Counted from the stretch's first letter, positions 30,601 to 40,239 are shown. The stretch is DNA of 64,000 nucleotides from Longimicrobiales bacterium (GCA_965203485.1 OZ241892.1:1088001-1152000), one strand, 5' to 3'. The notes: generated from the letters alone by a model not told the origin. Translations and numbers: made by a program.

Positions 30601-31964
30601 GCACAGACGGCCGGGCTCGCATGGCGGAGCATGAAGCCACGATGCCGCGGAAGTTGCGCGAGCGCCCGGACGAGATGCCGCTTTTGGTTCGGAGGGAAAA
30701 CGCTTGGGTCGCCGGACGTGAGGACATCGAAAGGCGCTTGTTCCACCAAGCGAAGGCGCGCGTCGGAGTTGAGTGTCGCGAGCCAAGCCGCCAGTCCTCG
30801 GAGACTGGGAGCGACGGTGCCGTCGGCGCCCGCAAGAAGGGCCAGCACTCGGCTTGCCGGAACGCCTTCCTCGATCTGCCCGTGAAGGTGCTTCGCCGCC
30901 AAGTGCTCGGCCACGTTGCGATGAGCCGGAACAAGGGCTCCGGGGGTGTCGACGGACGAGAACAGTCTCGTGTCCAGGGCGGCCCTCAACACGTTTATGC
31001 CTCCAGCTGGCCGCGCTTTGGCAGGAAGCTCTTCAAGCATGAGCGACAAGTCGGCTTCGGAGTCAGCATGGCCTGTGCCGGTTGGCTCGATGTGCTCCTT
31101 TCCAGCAATCAGAGAAAAGGTTGCCAGGCAACCGGCAGCCGAGATCTTGTCGTCCACGGCGACCTCGCGTGCCACTTTGTGTTCTTGGTTGTACTCCCTA
31201 GCCAACGCGCGACAAGCCATCTCGAACGTCTCGAGCCTGCCTTCGGGCCAGCGACCGTCCGTCGCGAATGCCTTGGCCAGCAGGCGAAGCGTAAGGGGAT
31301 GATCAAGCAGTTCGGCAAGGCCGCGATCGCGGGCCTGCAACAGAAAGTCGTCGCCGACCATCCCCCCGTGCTCGGCCAGCAACTGATTGGCGTTTGCTTC
31401 CGTGAGCGGGTCCAGACGGAGCAGAAGCAAGTCCTCGTAGCCGGACAGCGACCGAAACTCTTGGTCGTCGTTGCCCGACAGCCAAGCCGCCGCTCGGCAG
31501 GATATTCTCACGCGGGGTCGGCCGAGCGTCTGCAGCTTCTCCAGGATGTCGTCGAGGGGCTTGCGCGGATCGCCGTCTCCGGCGCGCGCCTCGTCGAGTC
31601 CATCGATGAAGAGAGTTTCTTGCTTCCACTCCGGCCGATGACGAGCCTCCCGCAGAAAGCGGCGCACTGGGACGTAGACCCCTTCCAATCTTGCGGCCTG
31701 CTTGAACTCGGTGGTCTTGCCAGCCCCAGGGTCTCCGAGCAGCACGAAGGCGCGCACATGCCCGAAGGCGGAGATCGGTTGCGACATCTCTGCGCCGTCA
31801 CGAGGCGAAGCCGAGTTTCCGCCAACGGCGGCGGGGAATCGGTCGTCCGAGTTGATGGCGGTCGGCGTCGTGTCCCCGCGCCTGCTCGCGTCGATGGCGG
31901 TCGCCGCTTTGTGCTCGCCCTTGACCAGAGTGACGGTCCGAGGGACGATCAGCTCCGTCTTCAT
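27651..31964 (-). CDS. NACHT/STAND NTPase (1437 aa) with long helical region and C-terminal PD-(D/E)xK-like domain
   Basis: LLGDPGAGKTT, LFIDGLDE, RISCR, PLTLRLL and H..VAEHLAA motifs; C-terminal E...RD...KRADI...PIEVK...QL..QY. Confidence 0.85.
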   Translation of the reverse strand: MKTELIVPRTVTLVKGEHKAATAIDASRRGDTTPTAINSDDRFPAAVGGNSASPRDGAEMSQPISAFGHVRAFVLLGDPGAGKTTEFKQAARLEGVYVPVRRFLREARHRPEWKQETLFIDGLDEARAGDGDPRKPLDDILEKLQTLGRPRVRISCRAAAWLSGNDDQEFRSLSGYEDLLLLRLDPLTEANANQLLAEHGGMVGDDFLLQARDRGLAELLDHPLTLRLLAKAFATDGRWPEGRLETFEMACRALAREYNQEHKVAREVAVDDKISAAGCLATFSLIAGKEHIEPTGTGHADSEADLSLMLEELPAKARPAGGINVLRAALDTRLFSSVDTPGALVPAHRNVAEHLAAKHLHGQIEEGVPASRVLALLAGADGTVAPSLRGLAAWLATLNSDARLRLVEQAPFDVLTSGDPSVFPPNQKRHLVRALAQLPRHRGFMLRHASPAVCAALAGRETMEFLRSCIAENDPETQPQSVVEFLFEILASEPSTHGAPSVREVVAVARDDRWMFAARKQALAAAMKIAEQDDEGIGLLRSMLEDLSTGRVKDLNQELRGRLVEGLYPRHLEPSEIPPLLPRAIQPILRWHLSRTLAEKTEASSVSDVLDALCAFDRDQADADYPELFGGILEEAFVKLLDRGLRQHGETIDTRRLYDWLSVHPKPIHIQAAASPVEPWLARHPDIRLALLREHIRREGRLWDDTQSEDIRLGDHDRQFRMSGLLLLGLSPHQAATMCFGEAGAVVATEPADARRYVDLAVAKRSVHLRPPKGSTFTDALSKDWRAWASAQLQDAPELIEYLDQLAEREEERRQAHATRQAPYLERVNEAVRQRRSLLLSGDASPTLLYELALAYLGMNPMERSLEPVERLREWLSEDSNDGDDDASTAVEAALRALGQIPSKVDIPSLPQLLELEREGKVYTVTYSVLAGLDHLGRRQGAIPGSLSDDRIRSALGMHYMTVVMDKHLPHWVGVLLDAKPKLVAEVLVKVMKAQIRGRCDYEEHHLRSLNADMLNEVVPKLLNAFPVRGTKRHLAKLQHILEFALHNLPRDELRALVERKLRFGSMDTAQRAVWLGIALRTWPRRFVGRALHFLADKRDVTVSQLASAWASGNGQAQFSPSDAGPGGVFLLLQWFGRRYAPGWMSRRSLAESEAGRAFIVSEEEEVHKRVSKLVGRCIRYLSSEPSVAGRSGEGERARARGRSASRALRLLAEDPTLASWRDELDQACEEQTELRRETTRRLPSLREIVNVLSGGPPANASDLAEVVVEQLRRLTEDIRGGNADGWRLFWNEDGHGRPVEPKPENSCRDALLLALRPRLESLNIDVQPEPHYAADKRADIRASVSGGPALPIEVKKSNHRELWSAVGNQLIKQYVCDPACEGHGIYLVLWFGVDCMVPPSGRRPKSPEQLEESLRRQLSEEQQRFIRVVVLDVSPP

Positions 31965-33187
31965 CCTTCCTCCAGCCAGTACGCGGCGGGCTCCCACAAA
32001 AACTCGTTGAGCGGAGTCCCTCCAGTGCCGACGAGCCGCGTCCTGGCCCCGGGGAAGCGAGCGCGAAACGCCTCCAAGCCGCTGGTCGCTCCCTTCTTGC
32101 CGCTCTTCACTTCGATGCCGACGACGTGCGGGCCGCGGGTCAGGACGAAATCCACTTCTTGGTCGTCGCGGCGCCAGTAGTGAAGCTTCGCCGCCGGGGG
32201 CAGCGTGTTGTGGAGATGGGCTCCCACGGCGCTTTCGACGATCCTTCCCCACAGGCTGCGGTCGCTCCTCGCCTCGTCGAAGGAATAGCCCAGATGCGCG
32301 GTCATGACGGCGGGGTCGAGCACGTTCAGCTTGGGCGGAGAAGCCCGGCGAAGGTGGCTCTTGGCGGAATACCTGGGAAGACCGGTGGCCAGCCCCGCAT
32401 CTGCGAGGAGTTTCAGGTAGCGAACCAGCGTGGTAGCGTTGCCCGCGTCCTGCAGCTGGCCCAGCATCTTGGTGTAGGCGAGAATCTGCCCGGAATAGTC
32501 CGGCACGAGTTCCATCAGCTGTCGCATCAGCGCGGGCTTGTCGACTTTGGCGAGCGAGAGGATGTCTCGGTTGATGACGGGCTCGACGATCGAGCCGAGG
32601 ACGTAATCGCGCCAAACGTCCATGTCGCCCCGCATTTGAGCCGCCGCCGGATAGCCGCCAAAGAACATGTACTCGTCCAGGGTCAGGTCGAATGCCGACA
32701 CCATCTCCCGAAGCGGCCACTGGCGAACGGGCACCCGCATGAAGCGGCCCATCAAGCTCTCGTCAAGACCCGTCATCAGATCCCACGGAGCCGAGCCCAG
32801 CACGACGACCCGCAAAGGGCAGCCCTCGGATCGGTCCCGGTCCCACATCCCCTTGACCAAGCCGGACCAGCCTTCGATGTGCTGCACCTCGTCCAAGGCC
32901 AGGACGAACCCCGACGGGCTTGCGCGGGCGGCCCGGCGCGCGCGTTCCCAGACGTTCACGAGCCATTCCCTGGGAGGCACCTCGCCGAGCTTGCCGAAAG
33001 AGGCCTCGTGGGTGGCCGGATCGTCGACGGCGACCAGCCAGTGAGGAAGGCCCGTGCGCCGAAAGGCCTGCTCGGCGATGGTGGTCTTGCCCGTCTGCCT
33101 GGGACCGATGACGGCTACGAGCTTGCGCGGCTCCATTGCCAGGAACTGCACGACGCGCTCGACGAGCGGTCTCTCGTAGGTGCTCAT
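31961..33187 (-). CDS. AAA_14 ATPase with DUF4143 domain
   Basis: GPRQTGKTT, LDEVQ, LGS, GGYP and EVDFV...IEVKS motifs. Confidence 0.92.
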   Translation of the reverse strand: MSTYERPLVERVVQFLAMEPRKLVAVIGPRQTGKTTIAEQAFRRTGLPHWLVAVDDPATHEASFGKLGEVPPREWLVNVWERARRAARASPSGFVLALDEVQHIEGWSGLVKGMWDRDRSEGCPLRVVVLGSAPWDLMTGLDESLMGRFMRVPVRQWPLREMVSAFDLTLDEYMFFGGYPAAAQMRGDMDVWRDYVLGSIVEPVINRDILSLAKVDKPALMRQLMELVPDYSGQILAYTKMLGQLQDAGNATTLVRYLKLLADAGLATGLPRYSAKSHLRRASPPKLNVLDPAVMTAHLGYSFDEARSDRSLWGRIVESAVGAHLHNTLPPAAKLHYWRRDDQEVDFVLTRGPHVVGIEVKSGKKGATSGLEAFRARFPGARTRLVGTGGTPLNEFLWEPAAYWLEEG

Positions 33188-33286
33188 GCGAATATTATCC
33201 GTGATTGAATAGTTTTCCGCGATGACGTAATCATACTACAGCGAGGGGCAATCCGCCAAGCCGGAGCGCGTCCCTGCGCCTCGCCC

Positions 33287-34456
33287 CTACCGGACTCGCA
33301 GGGCCTCGGCGGTCGCTCGGAACGCCTCGTCGCGCTCGGTCGCGAGGCCCAGTTCGACGAGGGAGTCCAGGTCGCGTTGCAGGGTGCGCTCGGAGAGAGC
33401 GCGGTAGGCGCGTCCGAGGCCGGCGTCCAGCTCGGCGGCGTCGCCGGGGCCGACGGCGCGGTCCAGGGGCAAGGACAGGGCGAGCGCGCGGCGGCGGCGC
33501 ATCACGGTCTTCTTGTGGTGCTCGTGGGCGTCGAAGCGGGCGAAGACGAACGCGCGCCAAGCGGCCCGCCATTGGTGTTCGCGCAACGAGCGCGCCACGG
33601 CGGCCAAGCCGTCTCGGAAGCCGGCGACGGCGTAGGACACGAACGAGGTGAGCGACCGGTCGGCCACGGTTTGGCGGAGCAAGCGCTCGTAGTGGCGGCG
33701 CGTCTGCGCGTAGTGGACGGTCGCCAGCGAGACGGCGAGGGCGGGGACGCCGGCACGGGCAAGCACGTAGGTCTCCATCAGGCGGGCGGCGCGACCGTTT
33801 CCGGCGGCGAACGGGCGAATCCACGCCAAGTACGCATGGACGGCGGCCGCATGCGCCAGAGCGCCGCCGGAATTGGAGCCGTCGGCGGACGGCGCACCCG
33901 GGTCCAGGGCTGGAATCTCCTGCTCGGCCCACGAGCACAGCCGCTCGACGAGGGCGGGAACGTCTCGGGCCGGAGGGCGGGGGACGCCGGTTGCGTCGTC
34001 CGTTTCGCGAAATGCTCCCGGCGATCCGGCGAAGTGGGCGCCCAGTCCCTTGCCCAGCGTTCGATGGACTTGAAGCAAAAGCGTCGGCGAGACCGGGCGC
34101 GGCGCGTCGGCACGGGCATGGTCGAGCAGCAGGCAGGTGGCCTTGGCGACGTTTCGCGCCTCGACTCCCAGGTGCCGGCGGCTCTGGGGCGGCCTTCGGC
34201 CCGCGAGCGCCGACGCCACCTGGGTCTCCGTCAGCGTGCCGCCGGCGAGCGCGAGGGTGGCGGCGGTTCCCCGGGCCAAGGCAGTGCTTGCCAGGTCGGC
34301 CTGCAGCTCGGGGGGGATGGGCGACTCCCGCAGCGAAGCGAGGCCGGCGTCGCACCAGCCGAGCTGGCGGCGGGTCTTCGCCGAGAGGCTCCAGTCGCGG
34401 CGGAAGCGGGGCGCCGAAACGTGGGTTCGCGCGCCGGAGTTCGCGGAGTGCGACAT
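33287..34456 (-). CDS. Fic-family protein with degenerate active site and C-terminal wHTH
   Basis: HAYLAWIRPFAAGNGRAAR versus canonical HPFxDGNGRxxR; LSERTLQRDL helix-turn-helix-like tail. Confidence 0.85.
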   Translation of the reverse strand: MSHSANSGARTHVSAPRFRRDWSLSAKTRRQLGWCDAGLASLRESPIPPELQADLASTALARGTAATLALAGGTLTETQVASALAGRRPPQSRRHLGVEARNVAKATCLLLDHARADAPRPVSPTLLLQVHRTLGKGLGAHFAGSPGAFRETDDATGVPRPPARDVPALVERLCSWAEQEIPALDPGAPSADGSNSGGALAHAAAVHAYLAWIRPFAAGNGRAARLMETYVLARAGVPALAVSLATVHYAQTRRHYERLLRQTVADRSLTSFVSYAVAGFRDGLAAVARSLREHQWRAAWRAFVFARFDAHEHHKKTVMRRRRALALSLPLDRAVGPGDAAELDAGLGRAYRALSERTLQRDLDSLVELGLATERDEAFRATAEALRVR

Positions 34457-34546
34457 TTACGGCCCTATTTTGTCGAAGGAGACGGTGTCCGGAGCGCGGA
34501 AGCAACGAGGAAGACGCCGTTTTCGATGCCCGGACAGATTCTTGGA

Positions 34547-34566
34547 CAGATTATGGGTATAATCTG
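34547..34566. promoter_or_regulatory. Perfect palindromic operator upstream of the fic-like gene
   Basis: CAGATTAT-GGGT-ATAATCTG, overlapping a TATAAT; adjacent GGACAGATT direct repeat. Confidence 0.55.
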
Positions 34567-34855
34567 ACGACAGTCGCGAACGGGTCAAGTCGGCAGGGCG
34601 TGAACCGGCGAACGAGTCGGTGCGGGCGCGAAGGCGGCCGGGCGGCGTCGCCCCGGAGGCGCGCGCGGGCGGTGCGCCGGTCCCCATCCGCTTCCGCGCC
34701 TACCTTTCTCATCGTGCGCCGAAATCGCCAGATTTCGAGAGACGCCGGAGGGCGCGGCCATAGCGCCTTCGGCAAGGCCGTCCTCTCCTGTCCCGGCAAG
34801 CCGCCGCTTCTCTCCAGCGAGCACGGAGTTCCTTCCAGCCAGCGGAGTTCCCATC

Positions 34856-36091
34856 GTGCCGTCTTCGTACCGCCACGCAGCCGTTCCCCGCGGCGAGCGC
34901 ATCACGTCTCGCGGCGGCGGCCTTCAAGTCCCCGACCGCCCCATCGTCCCCTTCGTCGAAGGCGACGGCATCGGGCCGGACATCTGGGCGGCCACCCGCC
35001 GCGTGGTGGACGCCGCCGTCGCGACTTCCTATGGCGACGCCCGCGCCGTCGCGTGGATGGAGGTCCTCGCGGGCGAGAAGGCCCACGAACGCGCGGGCGA
35101 ATGGCTGCCCCAGGAGACGTTGGACGCATTCACGGAGTTTCGGGTCGCGATCAAGGGGCCGCTGACGACGCCCGTGGGCGGAGGGATTCGGTCGCTGAAC
35201 GTGACGATTCGGCAGGTTCTGGACTTGTACTCGTGCGTTCGGCCGGTGCGCTGGATTCCGGGCGTGCCCTCGCCCGTGGGCAGTCCGGGCGATCTTGACG
35301 TGGTGATCTTTCGCGAGAACACGGAGGACGTGTACGCGGGCTTGGAGTGGGAGGCGGGCACGCCCGAGGCCGAACGGCTCCGCGCGTTCCTGGCGGACAG
35401 CCTGCGGGCGCAGGTTCGCGAAGGGAGCGGGATCGGGGTCAAGCCGGTGAGCGAGTTCGGGACCAAGCGGCACGTGGCGGCGGCGATCCGGTACGCCCTG
35501 GCGCGTGGAAGGGACTCCGTGACGCTCGTGCACAAGGGCAACATCATGAAGTTCACCGAGGGCGCGTTTCGGGACTGGGGGTACGAGGTGGCCCGGGACG
35601 AGTTTCCCGGCGACACCGTGCCCGAAGCGCGCCTCTGGGAGGGCGAGGAGGCCGGGGGAAGGGTCGTGATCAAGGACCGCATCGCCGACGCGATGTTCCA
35701 GCAGGCATTGCTTCGCCCGTCGGAATACTCCGTGCTGGCGACGCCCAACCTGAACGGCGACTACCTGTCGGACGCTTGCGCGGCGCAGGTCGGCGGGCTG
35801 GGCATGGCGCCCGGCGCCAACATCGGCGACGAGGTCGCGGTCTTCGAGGCGACCCACGGGACGGCGCCCAAGTACGCGGGGCAGGACAAGGTGAATCCGG
35901 GTTCGCTGATCCTGTCGGCGGCGATGATGCTCGAGCACTTGGGGTGGGACGAGGCGGCGGCGGCCGTGGGCAGGGGACTGGAGGGCGCGGTCCGGGCGCG
36001 CGCCGTGACGTACGACTTGGCGCGCCAAATGGAGGGCGCGACGGAAGTGTCGACGTCGCGCTTCGGGGAAGCCGTCGTCGCGTGCATGTAG
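34856..36091 (+). CDS. icd: Isocitrate dehydrogenase (NADP+)
   Basis: [35 protein letters not shown] and [13 protein letters not shown] motifs. Confidence 0.97.
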   Translation: MPSSYRHAAVPRGERITSRGGGLQVPDRPIVPFVEGDGIGPDIWAATRRVVDAAVATSYGDARAVAWMEVLAGEKAHERAGEWLPQETLDAFTEFRVAIKGPLTTPVGGGIRSLNVTIRQVLDLYSCVRPVRWIPGVPSPVGSPGDLDVVIFRENTEDVYAGLEWEAGTPEAERLRAFLADSLRAQVREGSGIGVKPVSEFGTKRHVAAAIRYALARGRDSVTLVHKGNIMKFTEGAFRDWGYEVARDEFPGDTVPEARLWEGEEAGGRVVIKDRIADAMFQQALLRPSEYSVLATPNLNGDYLSDACAAQVGGLGMAPGANIGDEVAVFEATHGTAPKYAGQDKVNPGSLILSAAMMLEHLGWDEAAAAVGRGLEGAVRARAVTYDLARQMEGATEVSTSRFGEAVVACM

Positions 36092-36244
36092 GAGGCTCGC
36101 CGCGCCTCCGCGGCCATCCGGCGCCGCTCGCGCGTCGCAGCTTGCTTGCAGCGGGCGCCGCGTCGCCGGCGAGCAGGGGGTGCGGCGTGCTGCCGCGGCG
36201 AGCGCGCGAACGGGGAGGCGCCGCGTCCGCGTGAGCACGGGCCG

Positions 36245-38209
36245 ATGCAGCTGAGGACGACGGGCGCGGAGGACGGGGCGCTCGACGTCCCGCTCGTCGT
36301 CGTGGCGGTCGCCCAGGACGGCGGAGAGGATGCCGGCGGGGACGCGTCCTCCGGCGTCTCGGTCGCGCCCGGCCGATCGGGGGAAGCCGCGACGGCGCTG
36401 GCGGCCCTCGTCCGAGCAATGGGCGGAGCGTTGCAGGCACGGTTGCCGGAGAACGCGCTGGGGGAGTCCGCGAGGCCGGCCCAGGGGCACGACGCCGTGG
36501 GCGAGGCGCAGCGGTCGCTCCGGGCGGAGGACGCGGTGGGCGGGGCGTTGCGGTCGCCCCAGGAGGACGCGGCGGGCGGAGCGTCGCGGTCGGCCGAAGG
36601 GGTGTTGCGCGCCGCCCTGGAGACGGGCGACTTCTCGGCGAGCGAGGAAGAGTCCGTGCTCGTGTACGCGGACGGCGCCGGCGGTCCCCGCCGCATCTTG
36701 TTCTGCGGGGTCGGGCCGCGCGCCGAACTCTCCGCCGAGAGGATGCGGGAGTTCGGCGGGCGGGCGGCGCGGGCGGCGGAGATGCGCCGGCTGCGGTCGC
36801 TGGCGGTGGTCGCGGACCACGTGGCGGGGGACGGCGCGGGCGGGGACGCGGCCCTTTGGCAGGGGCTGGCGGAGGGGTTGGTCCTGGGTTCCTGGCGGTT
36901 CGGCGAGTTGGCGACGGCGAGCGGGAGCGGCGATGCGTGGCCGGGCGTCGAGGAGGCGGCGCTGGCGGGAGCCGGGCGGACGCCCGCTTGGCGGGAGGCC
37001 GTGCGCGCGGGCCGCGAGTTCGCCGAAGGCGAGAACTTGGCGCGCGCGTTGCAGGCCCGTCCTGGGAACCTGCTCACGCCGACGGCGCTGGCGGACGCGG
37101 CCGTTCGCGTCGCGGACTACGCGGGACTGGCATGCCGCGTTCTGGGCCCGCGCGAGATGGAGGCGGAGCGCATGGGGGCTCTGCTGTCCGTGGCCCGCGG
37201 ATCCAACGAGGAACCGCGGCTGATCGTGCTCCGCCACACGGGCGGCCCGGCGGACGATCCGCCGCTCGTGCTGGTCGGCAAGGGCCTCACCTTCGACGCG
37301 GGTGGGATTTCGATCAAGCCCGCGAAGGGCATGGAGGACATGAAGTACGACATGTCGGGCGGGGCGGCGGTGCTGGGCGCGATGCAGGCGGTCGGCCGGC
37401 TGGGTCTGCCGGTCAACGTCGTGGGCGTCGTTCCCAGCTCCGAGAACCTGCTGGGCGGGTCGGCCACCAAGCCGGGCGACGTGGTGACGACGCGGGCGGG
37501 CAAGACCGTCGAGGTGATCAACACGGACGCCGAGGGCCGCCTCGTCCTGGCCGACGCGCTCGACTACGCGCGGCAGTGGCGGCCCGCCGCCGTCGTCGAT
37601 TGCGCGACGCTCACCGGCGCCTGCGTGGTCGCGCTGGGCAGCCACCGCTCCGGTCTGCTGGGCAACGACGGCGAGCTGTTGCGCGAGCTGGTCCGGGCGG
37701 GCGACGCGGCGGGACAGCGCGCGTGGCGGCTTCCGCTCGACCAGCCCTACCGCAAGCAGCTCGACAGCCAAGTGGCCGACCTCAAGAACGTCGGGGGACG
37801 CGAGGCGGGGACGATCACCGCCGCGTGCTTCCTGGCGGAGTTCGCTGGCGACGCGCCCTGGGCGCACCTGGACGTGGCGGGGACCGCCTACGGCAAGACC
37901 GACAGGCCGTACTTGAGGGACGGCCCCGCGGGGACTCCATGCCGGCTGCTGCTGGAATGGGTGCGGATGCGGGCGGCCCGGGCGGACGACCAACGACGGC
38001 GGGCGGCGCCGTCCAGCGCTCCGAGGGCGGACGCGGACGCGGCCTCGGCCGGCCCAAGCCCGGCGGCCGAGTCGGGCGCCGCCGAAGCGGTTGACGTCGT
38101 GCCGGGCCGCAGGGCCCAGCGTGCGCTTCCGGCGCCGCCCGGCGGTTCCGTCGAAGCATGCGCGGACGCGCCGCCGGACGCCGCCGCAGCCGGCCGGCCG
38201 GGCGCCTGA
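36245..38209 (+). CDS. pepA: Leucyl aminopeptidase (M17) with insertion and C-terminal extension
   Basis: LVGKGLTFDAGG, MKYDMSG, NTDAEGRL, ATLTGA and HLDVAG motifs. Confidence 0.95.
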   Translation: MQLRTTGAEDGALDVPLVVVAVAQDGGEDAGGDASSGVSVAPGRSGEAATALAALVRAMGGALQARLPENALGESARPAQGHDAVGEAQRSLRAEDAVGGALRSPQEDAAGGASRSAEGVLRAALETGDFSASEEESVLVYADGAGGPRRILFCGVGPRAELSAERMREFGGRAARAAEMRRLRSLAVVADHVAGDGAGGDAALWQGLAEGLVLGSWRFGELATASGSGDAWPGVEEAALAGAGRTPAWREAVRAGREFAEGENLARALQARPGNLLTPTALADAAVRVADYAGLACRVLGPREMEAERMGALLSVARGSNEEPRLIVLRHTGGPADDPPLVLVGKGLTFDAGGISIKPAKGMEDMKYDMSGGAAVLGAMQAVGRLGLPVNVVGVVPSSENLLGGSATKPGDVVTTRAGKTVEVINTDAEGRLVLADALDYARQWRPAAVVDCATLTGACVVALGSHRSGLLGNDGELLRELVRAGDAAGQRAWRLPLDQPYRKQLDSQVADLKNVGGREAGTITAACFLAEFAGDAPWAHLDVAGTAYGKTDRPYLRDGPAGTPCRLLLEWVRMRAARADDQRRRAAPSSAPRADADAASAGPSPAAESGAAEAVDVVPGRRAQRALPAPPGGSVEACADAPPDAAAAGRPGA

Positions 38210-40239
38210 CGGTGCCGGCGTGGCGCGCACCGGCCGCTGGGGAGGCCGAACGAAGCCGGCCGCGCCGCTCCGGAGCTTGGCGGACGTGCGCGCTTCTCCT
38301 CGGCGCCGCCGCGCCGGTCGCGGCGCAGGACCCGCCGTCGGGCCGGCCGCCGCCGCCGGACTCCGTGCCGCCGGACTCGCTGCGCGCCGACAGCGCCGTG
38401 GTTGCCCCGCCGCCGGACTCCGCCGCCGTGGACACGCTGCCGCCTCCGCCGGTGCTTCCCTCGTTGGACGACATCGGGCCTGCGCGCGGCGCGCCCGGCG
38501 TCTGGGAATGGGACCGGGACGCGCTCTTGGCGGCGCGGGGACAGACGCTTCTCGATCTGCTCTCGCAGGTGCCCGGCGTCCTGTCGTTGCGTGGCGGCGA
38601 CTTCGGGGCCTCCGCGACGGCCGTCCCGGTCGGGGTGGCGGGCGGAGGGCTTCGGCTCTACTACGACGGCGTGGAGCACCTTCCCCTGAACGGAGCGGTG
38701 CCGGACCTGTCGCGGGTCGCGCTGTCGGGGTTGCAGCGGGTGCGGGCCATCAGGCGCGGCAGCGGCCTGGACGTGCGCCTGTTCCGGTTCGCCCACGCCG
38801 ACGCGCGGCCCTACGCGCTGATCGAGGCGGGGACGGGCGACCTCGACACGAACGTGCTGCGGGCCACCTTCTCGTATCCGCGCGTCGTGCGCGGAAAGGC
38901 GGCGCTGGCGATCGAGCGGATCGACGCGCGGGGAGCCGACGACGCGGGAGCCGTGACGGGGGGATGGTTCCGCTACAGCCTGCACCGGGGCGACCGGGCG
39001 GGACTGCGCTTCGAGTACCGGCGCGTGTCGTCGGAGCAGTCGGCGCCGGCCGACGCGCCGGGCCTGGGCGCCCAAAGGTCCGACTGGACGGTGCAGGGCG
39101 TCTGGGAGCCCGCCGCCGGGTTGCTGGCCGAGGCGTGGGCGACCGGAGCGGCCTTGGCCCCGTCGCCGGACTCGGCGGGGGCGGACGCGCGGGCGGGGAC
39201 GGGCGTCGGGCCGGTCTCGCGGCGCCAGTACGGCGCGCGGGTCGCCGGCGGGACGGATTGGCTGTGGGCGCGCGGAGCGCTGCGCGTGAACGGCGGCGCG
39301 GGCGTTCCGGAACGCGAGCTGGCGGCGGACGCGTCGGCGGCCCATCCGCGCTGGGGCGGCGCGAGCCTGCACGGCTGGCGGGAAAGCTGGGGCGGCGCGG
39401 CGGGGGCGGGCTACGACGCGCGGGCGTGGGCGGATCCGGTCTCGTTCCTGACGGTCTTCGCGGAGGCCGGGGACGGCCGGAGGTCGGCGCCGCTGCGCGG
39501 ACCTCCGCTCGCTCCGCCCGACTCGGCGGAAGCGTCCGGCGGCTCGGAGCCGGGCGCCGCGCCGCCGAACCGCTTCGTCCAGCGCGCCCGAAGCCGCTAC
39601 GGGCTCGTCGCGGCCCGCTGGGGCGCGAGGCTCTCGGCGGCGCGCCTGTCGGTCGAGGCCGATTCGGTGCGGCCGACTCAGCTTCCGTTCGACCGCGACG
39701 GGCTGGTGGCGGCTCAGCCGCGCCGCCGGGCCTGGGAGTTCGCGGGCCGCGTTCCCCTCTGGCCGCGGGGCCTGCACCTGCGCGCCCAAGTGCAGCTTTG
39801 GGACGCGGCGCCCGCGGCTTCGCCCGACGACTCGCCGGTTCCAGCGGATTCGGTTTCCCCAAACGACTCCCTTCCGCCCCGCCGGCTTCCCGGCCTCTAC
39901 TTCCCCGACCACCTCTACGACGCCGCGCTCTCCTTCCACCGCACCTTCCTGCCCACCGAGAACTTCGAGCTGTGGGTGGACCTCGGCGCCAGGGGCCGGG
40001 CCGAGATGGCCGTGCCGTCGCCACGGCCGCCGGAGGACGCCGAGGGGGACGGGCCGCAGCCGTCGATCGTGCCCTTCTACCAGGACTGGTACCTTCGGGT
40101 CCAGATGCGGTTCCTGTCCTTGAACGTGTTCATCAGCGTGGAGAACCTGACGTTGCGCGACGCCAACCAGGACGCGCCCGGCCGGGTCCTGCCGGGAACG
40201 CGGGGGCTCTACGGCGTGCGTTGGACGCTGTGGAACTGA
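38158..40239 (+). CDS. Putative outer-membrane protein with plug-like N-terminus and beta-barrel (start uncertain)
   Basis: Signal-like LLLGAAAPVAAQ, Pro-rich linker, TL.DLL..VPGV...LYYDG plug-like segment, aromatic C-terminus YGVRWTLWN. Confidence 0.6.
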   Translation: MRGRAAGRRRSRPAGRLTVPAWRAPAAGEAERSRPRRSGAWRTCALLLGAAAPVAAQDPPSGRPPPPDSVPPDSLRADSAVVAPPPDSAAVDTLPPPPVLPSLDDIGPARGAPGVWEWDRDALLAARGQTLLDLLSQVPGVLSLRGGDFGASATAVPVGVAGGGLRLYYDGVEHLPLNGAVPDLSRVALSGLQRVRAIRRGSGLDVRLFRFAHADARPYALIEAGTGDLDTNVLRATFSYPRVVRGKAALAIERIDARGADDAGAVTGGWFRYSLHRGDRAGLRFEYRRVSSEQSAPADAPGLGAQRSDWTVQGVWEPAAGLLAEAWATGAALAPSPDSAGADARAGTGVGPVSRRQYGARVAGGTDWLWARGALRVNGGAGVPERELAADASAAHPRWGGASLHGWRESWGGAAGAGYDARAWADPVSFLTVFAEAGDGRRSAPLRGPPLAPPDSAEASGGSEPGAAPPNRFVQRARSRYGLVAARWGARLSAARLSVEADSVRPTQLPFDRDGLVAAQPRRRAWEFAGRVPLWPRGLHLRAQVQLWDAAPAASPDDSPVPADSVSPNDSLPPRRLPGLYFPDHLYDAALSFHRTFLPTENFELWVDLGARGRAEMAVPSPRPPEDAEGDGPQPSIVPFYQDWYLRVQMRFLSLNVFISVENLTLRDANQDAPGRVLPGTRGLYGVRWTLWN

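Noticed and set aside
31965..32720. N-terminal extension of the 1689-aa ORF as an effector domain
   Set aside because: It overlaps the AAA_14 gene in another frame and is Arg/Pro-rich noise. The likely start is the ATG at 31964.
34709..38230. Very long antisense ORFs (also 14853-17582, 48656-51997 and others)
   Set aside because: These are shadows of real genes on the opposite strand, caused by high GC3 and few stop codons.
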